Shown here piece after piece: positions 1 to 10,453 of a stretch of DNA of 64,000 bases. The position numbers and the translations under genes are program-made. Below the pieces are notes generated by a model, which did no database searches, was not told the origin of the DNA, and saw only the letters and a list, made by a program, of their open reading frames with translations. This DNA is from Spirochaetia bacterium (lineage in GTDB: Bacteria > Spirochaetota > Spirochaetia > SZUA-6 > Bin103): NCBI GenBank assembly GCA_965203905.1, contig CBDBDQ010000005.1:1152001-1216000 (forward strand). The letters are read 5' to 3'. How positions within the stretch are numbered: position 1 is the stretch's first letter; every line of letters starts with the position of its first letter.

Positions 1-368
1 GCGACCAGACCGGCCACCGCGTCAATCTGCTGTTCGACCACGAGACCGACGCGATTGCGGTACGTACCGGCGTGGAAGGCGCCGCCCTCCAGGTGGAACT
101 CAGGCAGCCCGGCCCGCTGTGGATCCGCATCCCGTCGTGGGCCGACCGCGGCCAGATCCAGGTCGCCGGTGGCCGCTTCGCCGGCGACTTCCTGTTCCTG
201 GCGCGGCAGCCGGTCGGCGTTCCGGTGACACTGCGCTACGAGCTTCCGCTCCGCGAGGCGGTGCTGGCCCACCGGACCCGCGACATCCGCGTGCGCCTGC
301 GCGGCGACGCGGTCGTGGCGATGGACAACTTCGGCGCCGACCTGACCTTCTTCGACCCGATCGATTAG
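1..368 (+). CDS. C-terminal part of a protein running in from the window edge; possibly glycoside hydrolase family 127-like C-terminus
   Basis: Open frame from position 3 to TAG at 366-368; VNLLF...LWIRIPSW pattern resembles GH127-like C-terminal domains. Confidence 0.5.
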   Translation, partial: DQTGHRVNLLFDHETDAIAVRTGVEGAALQVELRQPGPLWIRIPSWADRGQIQVAGGRFAGDFLFLARQPVGVPVTLRYELPLREAVLAHRTRDIRVRLRGDAVVAMDNFGADLTFFDPID

Positions 369-405
369 CTGCCGGGCGGCGCGGCGGCATACGCCGGGGA
401 GCGCC

Positions 406-2262
406 TCAGCCGGGGAACACCTCCGCGGGGCGCCCCCGGGTATCGGTCTGAATGCGGAACACGCCGCCGGCATGCGGCTGCGCGGCCAGCGCCGGGCCGC
501 TCTCCTGGTAGCGCGCGGTGGTGATGTAGAGCTGGTCCAGCGCCGGCCCGCCGAACGCGCACGAGGTGGTCAGGTTGGCCGGCACCGGGATGGTCTGGAT
601 CAGGGCTCCGGTGAGCGGATGCCAGCGCGTCACGCGGGCGCCGCCCCAGTGCGCCACCCACAGGGTCCCGTCCAGCGCCACCGCCATGCCGTCGGGAACG
701 CCGCTGTCCTCGGGCAGCGTCACCGCCGGCCGCGGATTGGCGATGTCGCCGCTGGCCGGGTCGTAGTCGAAGGCGGTGACCTGGCGGGTGAGCGAGTCGA
801 TGTAGTACATGGTGCGCCCGTCGGGGCTCCAGTCCATGCCGTTGGTGTTGTCGATGCCGCTCAGGCGCCGGGTTACGGTGAGGTCGGGCTCCAGGCTGTA
901 CAGGTCCCCGCGGGTGGCGGTGGTGCGGTCGATGGCGATCGACCCGAACCAGAAGCGCCCGGCGGGATCCACCTTGCCGTCGTTGAAGTGGGTCTCGGGA
1001 CGGTCCGCCTCGATGTCGGACACGCGCGTCTTGACGCCGCTGATCGGATCGAGGTGATAGATCCCCGAGGCGGTCGCCGCCAGCACGCCGCCCCGCTCCC
1101 GCGGCACCACGCAACCGACGAACTCACCGAGGTCGACGCGGCCGGCCAGGCCGGTGGCGGGCTGGTAGTGGTGGACGCTGCCGGCAAACAGGTCGACCCA
1201 GTAGAGCGTCCCGGTCGCGGCATGCCACACCGGTCCTTCGCCCAGCTCGGCACGGGCATCGAGGACCAGATCCGGCTCCGGCACAACCGGCGGGGTGGCG
1301 GTCCGCCCGTGGCAGCGCCCTTCACCGGCGGTGCGGGCTGGAGCGGCCGGCGCCGTGCGGCCGCCCGCCGGCGTGGCGGTGCCGGCCACCGCTCCGGCGG
1401 CGCCCCGTTCCCGCTCGGCGCGCTCCTCCTGCCGCCAGCGCCGCCACAGCTCCCGCTCCGTGTGCTCGCCACGGTCGCCGCTCGCGCGCCGCGCCAGCAG
1501 CTCACGGTCCGGCTCGAACAGCCGCGCCAGGCGCCGGTCGCCGCGGGCGCGCGCGGCGCGGATCTCGCGCTGCATGCTCTGCATGCCGTAGGCGTCGCGC
1601 TTGGGCAGCCAGCACTTGGTGTAGAAGTAGCTGGCGAAGATGCGCAGGCGGCCGCTGCAGTTGCCCGAGGTGCTGTGCAGCAATGAAGAGTGCACCACCA
1701 CCGTGTCCCCCGCCGCCAGCTCCACCGCCTGCTCGCCGGCCTGGAGCGCTCCGGGGCCGCCTTCGCCGACCAGCCGGCGGCCGCGGTGGGAGCCGGGGAG
1801 CACCAGCAGGTGGCCATACTCGGGACCCTCCTGCAGGTAGGTGAGCACGTTCACCGCGTTGGGCGGCAGGTAGTCGTCGCTCCAGCCGGGCAGGGCCCAC
1901 ATGTCCCGGTGCCAGGCGCGCACCGTGCGCGCCTCGACCTTGCTCACCGGCGGGGTGACCGCGATCTGCAGACTGTCGAAGCCGACGAACGGTCCCATCA
2001 ACTCCTCCAGGAAGTCCAGCATCGCCGGGTCCACCAGGGAGGGGAGGAACAGGTCGGGACGCTCCTGCAGCAGGCCGCGCAACACCGCCCGCGGCTGCCC
2101 TACCCCGGCGCTGCGCTGATCTTCGCCCAGTTCGTGCCGGTAGCGCTCCTCGAACAAGTGGCGCCACGGCTCCACCCAGGCCGCGTTGAAACCGCGGAAG
2201 ATGGTGTATCCGTGCCGCTCGAACTCCGCGACCCGGGCCGCCAGCTCCCCGCTGCCGTTCAT
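406..2262 (-). CDS. Fusion of N-terminal phytanoyl-CoA dioxygenase (PhyH) domain and C-terminal SMP-30/gluconolactonase domain
   Basis: WHRD and LLH (HxD...H) in the N half; LGEGPVW, FNDGKVDPAGRFW, NGMDWSPD and PDGMAV in the C half; Ala/Gly/Pro linker between. Confidence 0.8.
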   Translation of the reverse strand: MNGSGELAARVAEFERHGYTIFRGFNAAWVEPWRHLFEERYRHELGEDQRSAGVGQPRAVLRGLLQERPDLFLPSLVDPAMLDFLEELMGPFVGFDSLQIAVTPPVSKVEARTVRAWHRDMWALPGWSDDYLPPNAVNVLTYLQEGPEYGHLLVLPGSHRGRRLVGEGGPGALQAGEQAVELAAGDTVVVHSSLLHSTSGNCSGRLRIFASYFYTKCWLPKRDAYGMQSMQREIRAARARGDRRLARLFEPDRELLARRASGDRGEHTERELWRRWRQEERAERERGAAGAVAGTATPAGGRTAPAAPARTAGEGRCHGRTATPPVVPEPDLVLDARAELGEGPVWHAATGTLYWVDLFAGSVHHYQPATGLAGRVDLGEFVGCVVPRERGGVLAATASGIYHLDPISGVKTRVSDIEADRPETHFNDGKVDPAGRFWFGSIAIDRTTATRGDLYSLEPDLTVTRRLSGIDNTNGMDWSPDGRTMYYIDSLTRQVTAFDYDPASGDIANPRPAVTLPEDSGVPDGMAVALDGTLWVAHWGGARVTRWHPLTGALIQTIPVPANLTTSCAFGGPALDQLYITTARYQESGPALAAQPHAGGVFRIQTDTRGRPAEVFPG

Positions 2263-3044
2263 GGTGCCGACTCCTCCACGCCGACGGCCTGGATCAGCGC
2301 CGGCAGGATCACGGTCACGTCGCCCTCCAGGCGCAGGTCGGCGAACTGGTCATGGCCGGTGGGCCCGCGATTGATGATGGCGTAGCGGGCGCCGCTGCCG
2401 ACGGCGGCGAGCGGCACGTCGGCTGCGGGCCGCACCTCCAGGGTGGAACCGATCGCCAACGCCAGGTCGGCGCGGCGCGCGGCGCGGAACGCCCGCTGCA
2501 GCTCGGCCTGCGGCATCGGCTGGCCGAACGACACGGTCGCGGTCTTCAGGATCCCGCCGCAGGCCCGGCAGCGGGGGCACTCGCCGGTCGCCTGAAACTC
2601 CTCCAGCGCCGGCTCCGGCGCACTGCGCTGGCCGCACGACAGGCACTCCACGAAGCGGTTGGTGCCGTGTAGCTCGACGATGCGCTCGGGGTCGTGGCCG
2701 GCATCCTGGTGCAGGCCGTCCACGTTCTGGGTCACCAGGGTGTCCAGCTTGCCCAGCCGTTCCAGCGCCACCAGCGCGCGGTGGGCGGCGTTGGGCCGCG
2801 CCTGCGCGAACTCCGCGTGCCCCTCCGCCTTGTATTTCCAGTGCGCCCGGCGGGCCTCTTCCGATGCCAGGAAGTCCTGAAACAACACCGGCCGGCGCCG
2901 CGTCCAGACTCCCCCCGGGCCGCGAAAGTCCGGAATCCCCGAGGCGGTGGAGATGCCCGCCCCGGTGAACGCCAGCACCCGCTCGGCGGCCCGCACCGCC
3001 GCCGCCAGCTCCGCAACCTGCGCTTTCAACCCTGCCTCGACCAC
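2259..3044 (-). CDS. cobB: Sir2-family NAD-dependent protein deacylase
   Basis: FTGAGISTASGIPDFRG, TQNVDGLH, ELHG, two CxxC, GSTLEV, IINRG; GTG start at 3044 is estimated. Confidence 0.9.
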   Translation of the reverse strand: MVEAGLKAQVAELAAAVRAAERVLAFTGAGISTASGIPDFRGPGGVWTRRRPVLFQDFLASEEARRAHWKYKAEGHAEFAQARPNAAHRALVALERLGKLDTLVTQNVDGLHQDAGHDPERIVELHGTNRFVECLSCGQRSAPEPALEEFQATGECPRCRACGGILKTATVSFGQPMPQAELQRAFRAARRADLALAIGSTLEVRPAADVPLAAVGSGARYAIINRGPTGHDQFADLRLEGDVTVILPALIQAVGVEESAP

Positions 3045-3112
3045 AGCATCAGCCCGCGGCAATCTTGACGGGTTCAGGCCCCTCCTGCAAAGTCGCCGGC
3101 GCGGTACACCGA

Positions 3113-3895
3113 ATGGGGCTGCGACGGCACCGGGTGCGGATACGCTTCTACCAGGAGCTGGGCGACTTCCTCGCACCCCACCTGCGCGGCCGCGAGTTCG
3201 AGCTGGCGGTGAACGATGGCACCACCACCAAGGCGCTGGTGGAGCACTGCGGCGTGCCGCACGGCGAAGTCGACCTGCTGCTGGTGGAAGGCGCGTCGGT
3301 GGACTTCGGCCACAAGCTGCGGGACGGACAGCGCGTCAGTGTCTACCCGGTGTTCGAGAGCTTCGACATTTCCGGCCTGACCCGGGTGCGGCCGGCGCCG
3401 CTGCGCGTGGTGCGCTTCCTGGTGGATGCCAACCTCGCCAAGCTGGCCTCGCTGCTGCGCATGTGCGGGCTGGACGCAACCGACGCCGGCATGCTGCCGC
3501 CCGGCGCCGCGGACCGGGAGGACGCCCGCTTGGTGGCGGCGGCGCGCCGCGAGCAGCGCATCATCCTGACCCGAGACCGCCGCCTGCTGGCGCGCAAGGC
3601 GGTGACCCACGGCTGTTTCGTCCGCTCCCAGGATCCGGAGCAGCAACTGCTGTTCGTGCTGCGGCGCTTCCACCTGGCCAGCGCGGTGCGGCCGTTCTCT
3701 CGCTGCATGCGCTGCAACGAACCGCTGCGCCCGGTCGCCAAGGCGGATGTCCTGCACCACCTGCCGCCCATGGTGCGCGTCGAGCAGCAGTCGTTCAGCC
3801 GCTGTCCCCGCTGCCGGCGCCTCTACTGGCCCGGCAGCCACTGGCAACGCATGCGCCGCCGCCTCGACACCCTGCTCGCCACCTCCCGAGGATAG
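3113..3895 (+). CDS. Mut7-C RNase domain protein with N-terminal ubiquitin-like domain
   Basis: RFYQELGDFL...GVPHGEVDLLLV ubiquitin-like part; FLVDANL, ILTRDR, RCMRCN...CPRC..YWPGSHW. Confidence 0.9.
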   Translation: MGLRRHRVRIRFYQELGDFLAPHLRGREFELAVNDGTTTKALVEHCGVPHGEVDLLLVEGASVDFGHKLRDGQRVSVYPVFESFDISGLTRVRPAPLRVVRFLVDANLAKLASLLRMCGLDATDAGMLPPGAADREDARLVAAARREQRIILTRDRRLLARKAVTHGCFVRSQDPEQQLLFVLRRFHLASAVRPFSRCMRCNEPLRPVAKADVLHHLPPMVRVEQQSFSRCPRCRRLYWPGSHWQRMRRRLDTLLATSRG

Positions 3896-4037
3896 ATTCG
3901 GTGGTGCTCCGACAACGAGTCTGTGCTGAGCAACCCACGACCCAGCCGCCACGGATCGGGCCGATCGCTTACTTGATGGATTGCCCTACCCGAGTTAGGT
4001 TGAGGTACGAGAGTCGCGTCGGCGCGTGGGGTAGTGC

Positions 4038-4334
4038 GTGTTGCGCTATGAAGAGAACAGGAAGCACAGTCAGCCGTGGCAGCCGGGACGCCGAGGATCG
4101 CTTTGCCCGAGCAATATCGATCAGGCTACTGCGCAGCAGCTACTTGAGGAGAGCGAACTGGACGGTAACAAACGCTACGCCGTATACGAAGGCAGGGCGT
4201 ACTGCGCACAGCAGCACCTGGACAGATGGCATGGCTATCCAGTCGGCTGGGTTGAAGTTCCCGAACCGCTGCGTCGAAAGTGGGTGAAAGAACGTCGTGT
4301 GCGAAAGAGAGACGTAGGAAGACACTGGGATTGA
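4038..4334 (+). CDS. Small hypothetical protein, possible toxin partner of the downstream ImmA/IrrE peptidase
   Basis: 98-aa ORF in a lower-GC insert; YEENRKH and WHGYPV.W.EVP motifs; 9 bp upstream of the next gene. Confidence 0.7.
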   Translation: MLRYEENRKHSQPWQPGRRGSLCPSNIDQATAQQLLEESELDGNKRYAVYEGRAYCAQQHLDRWHGYPVGWVEVPEPLRRKWVKERRVRKRDVGRHWD

Positions 4335-4343
4335 GTCAATAAC

Positions 4344-5903
4344 GTGGCTGTTCGATGGGAGAGAATTGCCGGCGACACCGGACTGTTTGCCTTCAAGGTG
4401 AGGTTTGTTGATGACCCGGACCACGGACAAGGGATCGATCCCGAGGTCGGAACGTCGTGGGGCAGTTTCCAGATCTGGATCGAAGGTCGGAATCTGTGCG
4501 CTCATCGAGAGGACGGTGGTCAAGTCGATTCGGTTCACTGGTACCTTCTTCCGCTGATCGAGTGGTTTGCCACGAACTGGAATCCGTTGCTTCACGAAGA
4601 ACGTCTTCCAGTTCAGAATGTGTCCAATACCGCCTGGGAGTCGTTACGCTCGACCAGGTTCCCACCACTGGCGATAGAGAACAACGAAGAGAAATCCTCC
4701 GCGTGGGAAGGCGAGTGGCAACGATGGTGGGCTCGACACGCGCTCCGTTCGGCGAGCGAAGGCGGTCTGTTTCCCGACATCGTACTAAGACGTCTCCGAG
4801 ATTCCATCGAGATCTCCTCGGGGCCGGCACCAAGCTCAGGGATGCCACTCCACTTCAGCTTCTTGGAGTCAGTACGGGGAAGCAGCACGCTGGCCCCAAG
4901 GGATGTTGCCGAACCCTTGCACGAAGTGTTGTCGAGCGCCAGCGACTACCTGCTGGCGCAAGCTCCCGAGTCGCCTCGTATTCAGGCCCTTGACAGATCC
5001 CTCCGTGAGTTGTGCTCGATTGATGAGTCGGATCGGCGGATCATGTGGCTTGCCGGCCAGGGCACAGACGAGCAAACCGTTTCAACCGGCTGGCAACGTG
5101 TGAAGAACATCGTAGCGCAACTCGGCGAAGCTTCGCGTGGCATATTGAGTAGTCCAGATTCGTCACCGCTTGTCGTATCCGGCTCGTGTCAGGCGGCGTT
5201 GATGTTCGGCTCCCTGGCTCCTAACGTAGCCGAGCAGGACATACTGCCACTTGCGCGAACGATGGTGGATCTTTCCTCATCGGATGCCGAATCGGCCGCG
5301 CTGGTTGCATTGGGCCGTGCCGAACCGATCTCCGTATTCGATTCCCCTTCGTGGGCACAAGGATATGACTTGGCCGAGTCAGTTCACGAAGAACTCAACT
5401 GGAAGTTCGCACAGGACGCGTCCGTCGACATTGACAGCCTGATCGACTGGTTGGGGGTCCAGGTCGTCGAATTGGAACTGTCTGACAGGGATGTTCGAGG
5501 CGTTGCCATCGCTGGGCCAGACCACTGTCCTGGCATCGCCGTCAACACCCGACACGCTCGAAATGCACATGCATTCGGCCGCCGATTCACCCTGGCCCAT
5601 GAGCTGTGTCATGTGCTGTTCGATCGCCAAGCAGGGCACCGGCTGGCACTAGCGAGCGGCCCTTGGGCACCATGTGGCATCGAAGAGCGCGCGAATGCCT
5701 TTGCCGCGATGCTTCTGATGCCCCTGGAGTTGGTACAGCGCGCCGTATCGCGGCTGACCGATCCGGTGTACGCCAGTGCCGGAGTGCGGGAAGCGGCACA
5801 GGTGCTGCAGGCAGGCGTTCTTGCTGTACTGCATCACCTCAAGAACACGGGGTTTATCACGGACGCCGATCTGGAGCGGATCGAAAGCGAGATGCTCTCC
5901 TAG
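4344..5903 (+). CDS. ImmA/IrrE-family (DUF955/COG2856) zinc metallo-endopeptidase with long uncharacterised N-terminal region
   Basis: RRFTLAHELCH (HExxH) and EERANAFAAMLLMP. Confidence 0.85.
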   Translation: MAVRWERIAGDTGLFAFKVRFVDDPDHGQGIDPEVGTSWGSFQIWIEGRNLCAHREDGGQVDSVHWYLLPLIEWFATNWNPLLHEERLPVQNVSNTAWESLRSTRFPPLAIENNEEKSSAWEGEWQRWWARHALRSASEGGLFPDIVLRRLRDSIEISSGPAPSSGMPLHFSFLESVRGSSTLAPRDVAEPLHEVLSSASDYLLAQAPESPRIQALDRSLRELCSIDESDRRIMWLAGQGTDEQTVSTGWQRVKNIVAQLGEASRGILSSPDSSPLVVSGSCQAALMFGSLAPNVAEQDILPLARTMVDLSSSDAESAALVALGRAEPISVFDSPSWAQGYDLAESVHEELNWKFAQDASVDIDSLIDWLGVQVVELELSDRDVRGVAIAGPDHCPGIAVNTRHARNAHAFGRRFTLAHELCHVLFDRQAGHRLALASGPWAPCGIEERANAFAAMLLMPLELVQRAVSRLTDPVYASAGVREAAQVLQAGVLAVLHHLKNTGFITDADLERIESEMLS

Positions 5904-6241
5904 CGGTCGTCGCCTTCGCCTTGCAGGGTGCCGGCCTCCAGGCGGCGGGCCAGCTTGCTCAGGTTCTCCTCCGCCACCTCCTGCAGCGAGAGGTCGAGAT
6001 CGGTGCAAATCTGGGCCAGGTACCACAGCACGTCGCCGAGCTCGCTCTTGAGGGCGGCGCGGTCCTCCTCGCCGATCACGCCCCCCTTGTCGCGGAAGAT
6101 CTTCTTCACCTTGCCCGCCACCTCACCCGCTTCGTTGGTGAGCCCCAGGGTCGGGTAGAGGATGGCGTGATCCACCACCACCCGGCCCCAGGTGCGGCGG
6201 GACTGGCGCTGATAGAGGGCAAAGGTCGGGGCGCTGGCCAT
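5900..6241 (-). CDS. MazG-like nucleoside triphosphate pyrophosphohydrolase
   Basis: GLTNEAGEVAGKVKK, ELGDVLWY, NLSKL..R..GEGDDR; ATG at 6241 preceded by AGGAGG. Confidence 0.9.
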   Translation of the reverse strand: MASAPTFALYQRQSRRTWGRVVVDHAILYPTLGLTNEAGEVAGKVKKIFRDKGGVIGEEDRAALKSELGDVLWYLAQICTDLDLSLQEVAEENLSKLARRLEAGTLQGEGDDR

Positions 6242-6339
6242 GTTCGGACCTCCTGTTGGCTGCGCGGATCCTACTACGGGTTGGGCCTCTCGGGCGCGCC
6301 GCGCAGTCCTGTACCGGCGAACCTCGTGTAAGTTGGGAG

Positions 6340-6380
6340 TTGACGATTGTCCGACTATTAGGTATACCATTACATGTAAT
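6340..6380 (+). promoter_or_regulatory. Sigma70-like promoter with overlapping palindromic operator
   Basis: TTGACG (6340-6345), 17-nt spacer, TATACC (6363-6368), then perfect 12-bp palindrome ATTACATGTAAT (6369-6380). Confidence 0.6.
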
Positions 6381-6405
6381 CTCATTCCAAGCATGGAGAC
6401 TTACC

Positions 6406-6819
6406 ATGGCGAAGAACCGCAAGAGCGACAAGAACTCCAAGCGACCGCGCGTGATCGCGATCGAGGTCGACAAGGTCAAGGCGGACGACGACTCGGTCAG
6501 CGACGCGATCGGCGAAGTGCTCGGCGCCACCGTCGGGGAATCGCTGCGTACCACCATCGAGTCGGTCCGCAGCAAGCGCGACAACGTGGTGATGATCCGG
6601 GTGAGCCGCGAGAGCCTGGCCAAGCTGGACGAGCTGGTGGACTGCGGCCTGACCAACAGCCGCTCGGAAGCGGCCGCGTTCCTCATCGCCGAGGGAATCA
6701 AGGCGCGCAAGGACCTGTACGAAAAGATCGCCGAGCAGAGCCGGGTGATCCGCGAGGCCAAGGAGCGCCTCAAGGATCTGCTCGACGACGAGGCGGTCCC
6801 GGAGCCGGAAGAGGAGTGA
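6406..6819 (+). CDS. Ribbon-helix-helix (CopG-like) DNA-binding protein with coiled-coil tail
   Basis: VVMIRVSRESLAKLDELVDCGLTNSRSEAAAFLI matches the RHH pattern; GGAG ribosome-binding site before ATG 6406. Confidence 0.7.
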   Translation: MAKNRKSDKNSKRPRVIAIEVDKVKADDDSVSDAIGEVLGATVGESLRTTIESVRSKRDNVVMIRVSRESLAKLDELVDCGLTNSRSEAAAFLIAEGIKARKDLYEKIAEQSRVIREAKERLKDLLDDEAVPEPEEE

Positions 6820-6825
6820 CCGAGC

Positions 6826-8138
6826 CTGACCGGCGACCCGATTGTCGACCCCACCAGGGTCAGACCCCACCGTGCGCCCGGACAGCGCAGGCAGTGGACG
6901 GCACTGCTGCTCGTCGCTGGCCTGGTCGGCGCAGTCGCGGCGGCTGCCTACCTGCTCCTGGTTCCGCGACCGGCCCGCTATGCCCTGCGCTCCTACGACT
7001 CGGCGACGGTGACCCGCGAGCCGCTGATACGGACCACCCAGGCACGCGGCCAGGTGGTGTTTCCCGTGCAGGCGCACCTGACCAGCCCCGAGTCGGGAAC
7101 CGCGGCGCTGCTGCACGTAGCAGAGGGCGACCGGGTAACGGCCGGCCAGGCTCTGGCCGAGGTCGCGGCGCCCGACCTGATCCAGGCGCTCGATGACCTG
7201 CGCGCCGAGCTGGCCGCGGCCGAACGCTCGCTGGGGCAGCAGCGGCTGCAGCGGCGCATCCTGCTGCAGCGCGCCCGGCGCCGCATCTCCGACCTCGATC
7301 GGCGCGCCGGCGAGGCCGCGGCCGACCGCGACCAGGCGCAGTCGCTGGTTGCCCGCGGGCTGGCTCCGCGGCGCGATCTGGTGGCCACACAGCGCCACCT
7401 CGACGGCGTGCTCGCGGAAGGCGAAGAGCTGCGGCTGCAACTCGCCGAGGACCGTGAGCTTGCGGCGGTCGACGATTCCCTGGCCGCGGCGGCGGTCACC
7501 GGCCTGGAGGTGGCGCTACGGCGCCACGAGGAGCGGCTGGCGGCCCTCGCCATCGCCAGCCCGATCGGCGGCGTGGTCCTGGCAGTCGAGCCCGCGCTCG
7601 CCGTCGCGGGGAGCAGGGTTGCCCGCAACCAGCGGCTGTTCACCATCGCCGACCCGGACAGCGCCGTGATCGAACTGCAGGTGGAGGAGCGGCACGCGCC
7701 CGCCCTGCGCGCCGGCCAGCCGGTGGCCCTGACGGTGGGAAGCCGGGCGCTGGCCGGTTCCGTGACCGCCATCGGCAGCATGGCCCGGCAATCGGCCGAC
7801 GGCCTCGGTGCCACGGTGCTGGTACGGGTGCGGCCCGATCCGGAGGCGGGACCGCTGCTGCCCGGGGCCAGCGCCGTCGGGGTGCTGGAGATCGGGGTGA
7901 AGGAGTCGGCGCTGGTGCTGCCGCGCGGCCCCTATCTGACCACCGGCAGCCAGCGCTACCTGTACCGCATCGAGGGGGATCGAGCGGTGCGGGTGGCCGC
8001 CACCTTCGGCCGTACCGAAGGCAATCGGGTGGAAGTGGTGACCGGGGTCGCGGCGGGCGACCGGGTGATCGTCAGCGGCTACCAGAACTTCATCGAGCAC
8101 GAGACCGTCAGCCTGGAGCCGGCAAGGGGAAGCGAATC

Positions 8139-8142
<4 letters not shown>
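6826..8142 (+). CDS. Efflux periplasmic adaptor (membrane fusion protein, MacA-like)
   Basis: N-terminal TM helix encoded in frame upstream of the first GTG (7009); lipoyl-like V.EGD.V..GQ motif, coiled coil and SPIGGVV; CTG start at 6826 is inferred. Confidence 0.8.
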
Positions 8143-8830
<688 letters not shown>

Positions 8831-8834
<4 letters not shown>

Positions 8835-10435
8835 ACCTGCGCCGCGAAGACCTGCTGCTGAGCCTGCGGGCGGTGCTCGGGCGGCCCGCGGAGTCGCTGC
8901 TGCTGGTGCTGGGGATGGCGCTGGCGGTCGGGGCCACCGCCGCGGGGTTGGCGCTGGCCGGCCGCATCGCGGAGCAGTCGCGGGAGCGGCTGGCCGCTCC
9001 GCGCTACCGCGAAATCGTCGTCGCCACACGGCAGCAGGCCGCTGACATGGAGGTCCCGGCGCGGCTGCGGAGCGCCAGCGACGTAGTGCTGACCGTCGCC
9101 GACCTCGAAGCCCGCCAGGTTGCGCCGGCCGTCCGCTACGCCTATCTCGCCAATCCCACGGGCTTCCCGCTGGGCGAGCTGCCGATCCCGGAGCAGGTCG
9201 CGGAGATGGCCTTGACCGACTCCCCAGGCCGCTCCCCAGGTGCGGCAGAGGCGGGGGAGGCCGCGGCGGCGGTGAAGGTGATCGTCATTCCGGCCGGGGG
9301 CCAGGTCGGCACACCCGCCGCACCCGCCGCTGCCGGCGCTGCCGGCGCTGCCGGCGCTCGCGGACCCGCCATCGAGGCGGCCGCGGACGCCGGGCAGACG
9401 CCCGCTTCAGCCGCGGCGCCCGGGGACGGCGATATGCAGCTTCTCGCCGATGGCGAGCGCGAATCCGGTGCCACCACCGGCCCGGCCGCGACACCTGGCG
9501 GCGGGAACGCGCAGCTCCGATTCGAGAAGACCGGCGCCCTCGGGCAGGCCCTGCTGACCACCCCCGAAGGGCCGCGGCCGCAGCGCGAGTTGCTTACCGG
9601 TTTCGAGGTGAGCCCCGAGTTCTTCGCCGCCTGGAACCTCGCACCCGCCGCCGGCAGCCTGTTCACTACCGCCGACATGGCGCGCGGTGCGCCGATCCTG
9701 GTGCTCGGCGCCGAGCTCGGCAGCACGCTGTTCGCCGACGGCAAGGCCCTCGACCGGCAGGTGCTCTCCCTCAACCGGCTTTACACCATCACCGGGATCC
9801 TGGCACCGAGCGGCACCGAGATGGACCGGCACGCTTTCGCCCCGGCCCCCGCGGCGGCGGAGCGCTTCGAGGCGACCGGCATCCGCCTGCCGGCGCACCA
9901 CACCAGCCTGCGCTTCGCCGTCGCCGATCCCACCCGCCTCGGCGAGGCGCGGGCGCAGCTCGCCAGCCACTTCGCGGCCGCCTACGGCGAGGGCGGGGTG
10001 GTGATCGACACGCCGCGTGCGGAGGCGGCTGCCGCTGCCGACCGCGATCGGCGCCTGATCACGGTTACCCTGTTCGTGGAGCTGGCGGCGCTGGCCATCG
10101 CCGCGGTGAACATGACCAATATCTTCTTCAGCCGCGCGCGGCGCCGGCGGCGCGAGGTGGGCATCCTCAAGGCGCTCGGGGGCAGCGTCGGCAAGGTGTT
10201 CGGCGCGTTCTTCGCGGAGGCGCTGGTGGTGGGCGCGGCCGGCGCCGCCATGGGCCTGGGGCTGGCGCTGCTGCTGTCGCGGTTGACGGAGCAGGTGATC
10301 GGCTTCGGCGTGAGCCACGCCGGCCTCACCGTGCTCGGCGTGGCGGCGGCGTGGCTGGTGGTCGCCGCCTGCACGGTGCTGCCCGCTGCCACGGCGGCCC
10401 GGCTGCCGGCGGCCGACGCGATCCGCTACGAGTAG
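8831..10435 (+). CDS. MacB/FtsX-family ABC permease
   Basis: N-terminal TM, large periplasmic domain with low-complexity Ala/Gly insert, RRREVGILKALG, three C-terminal TMs. Confidence 0.85.
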
Positions 10436-10453
10436 CGGCGGACGGGAGGAATC

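Noticed and set aside
2259-3044. Sirtuin as a defence-type SIR2 NADase (Thoeris/DSR)
   Set aside because: Has the Zn-binding CxxC pairs, size and motifs of a CobB-type deacylase; no defence partner adjacent
5900-6241. MazG-like gene as third member of the ImmA/IrrE module
   Set aside because: Opposite strand and host-like GC; looks like the resident gene flanking the insert
9331-9358. 9-bp triple repeat TGCCGGCGC in the permease
   Set aside because: In-frame low-complexity Ala/Gly linker; cannot cause phase variation
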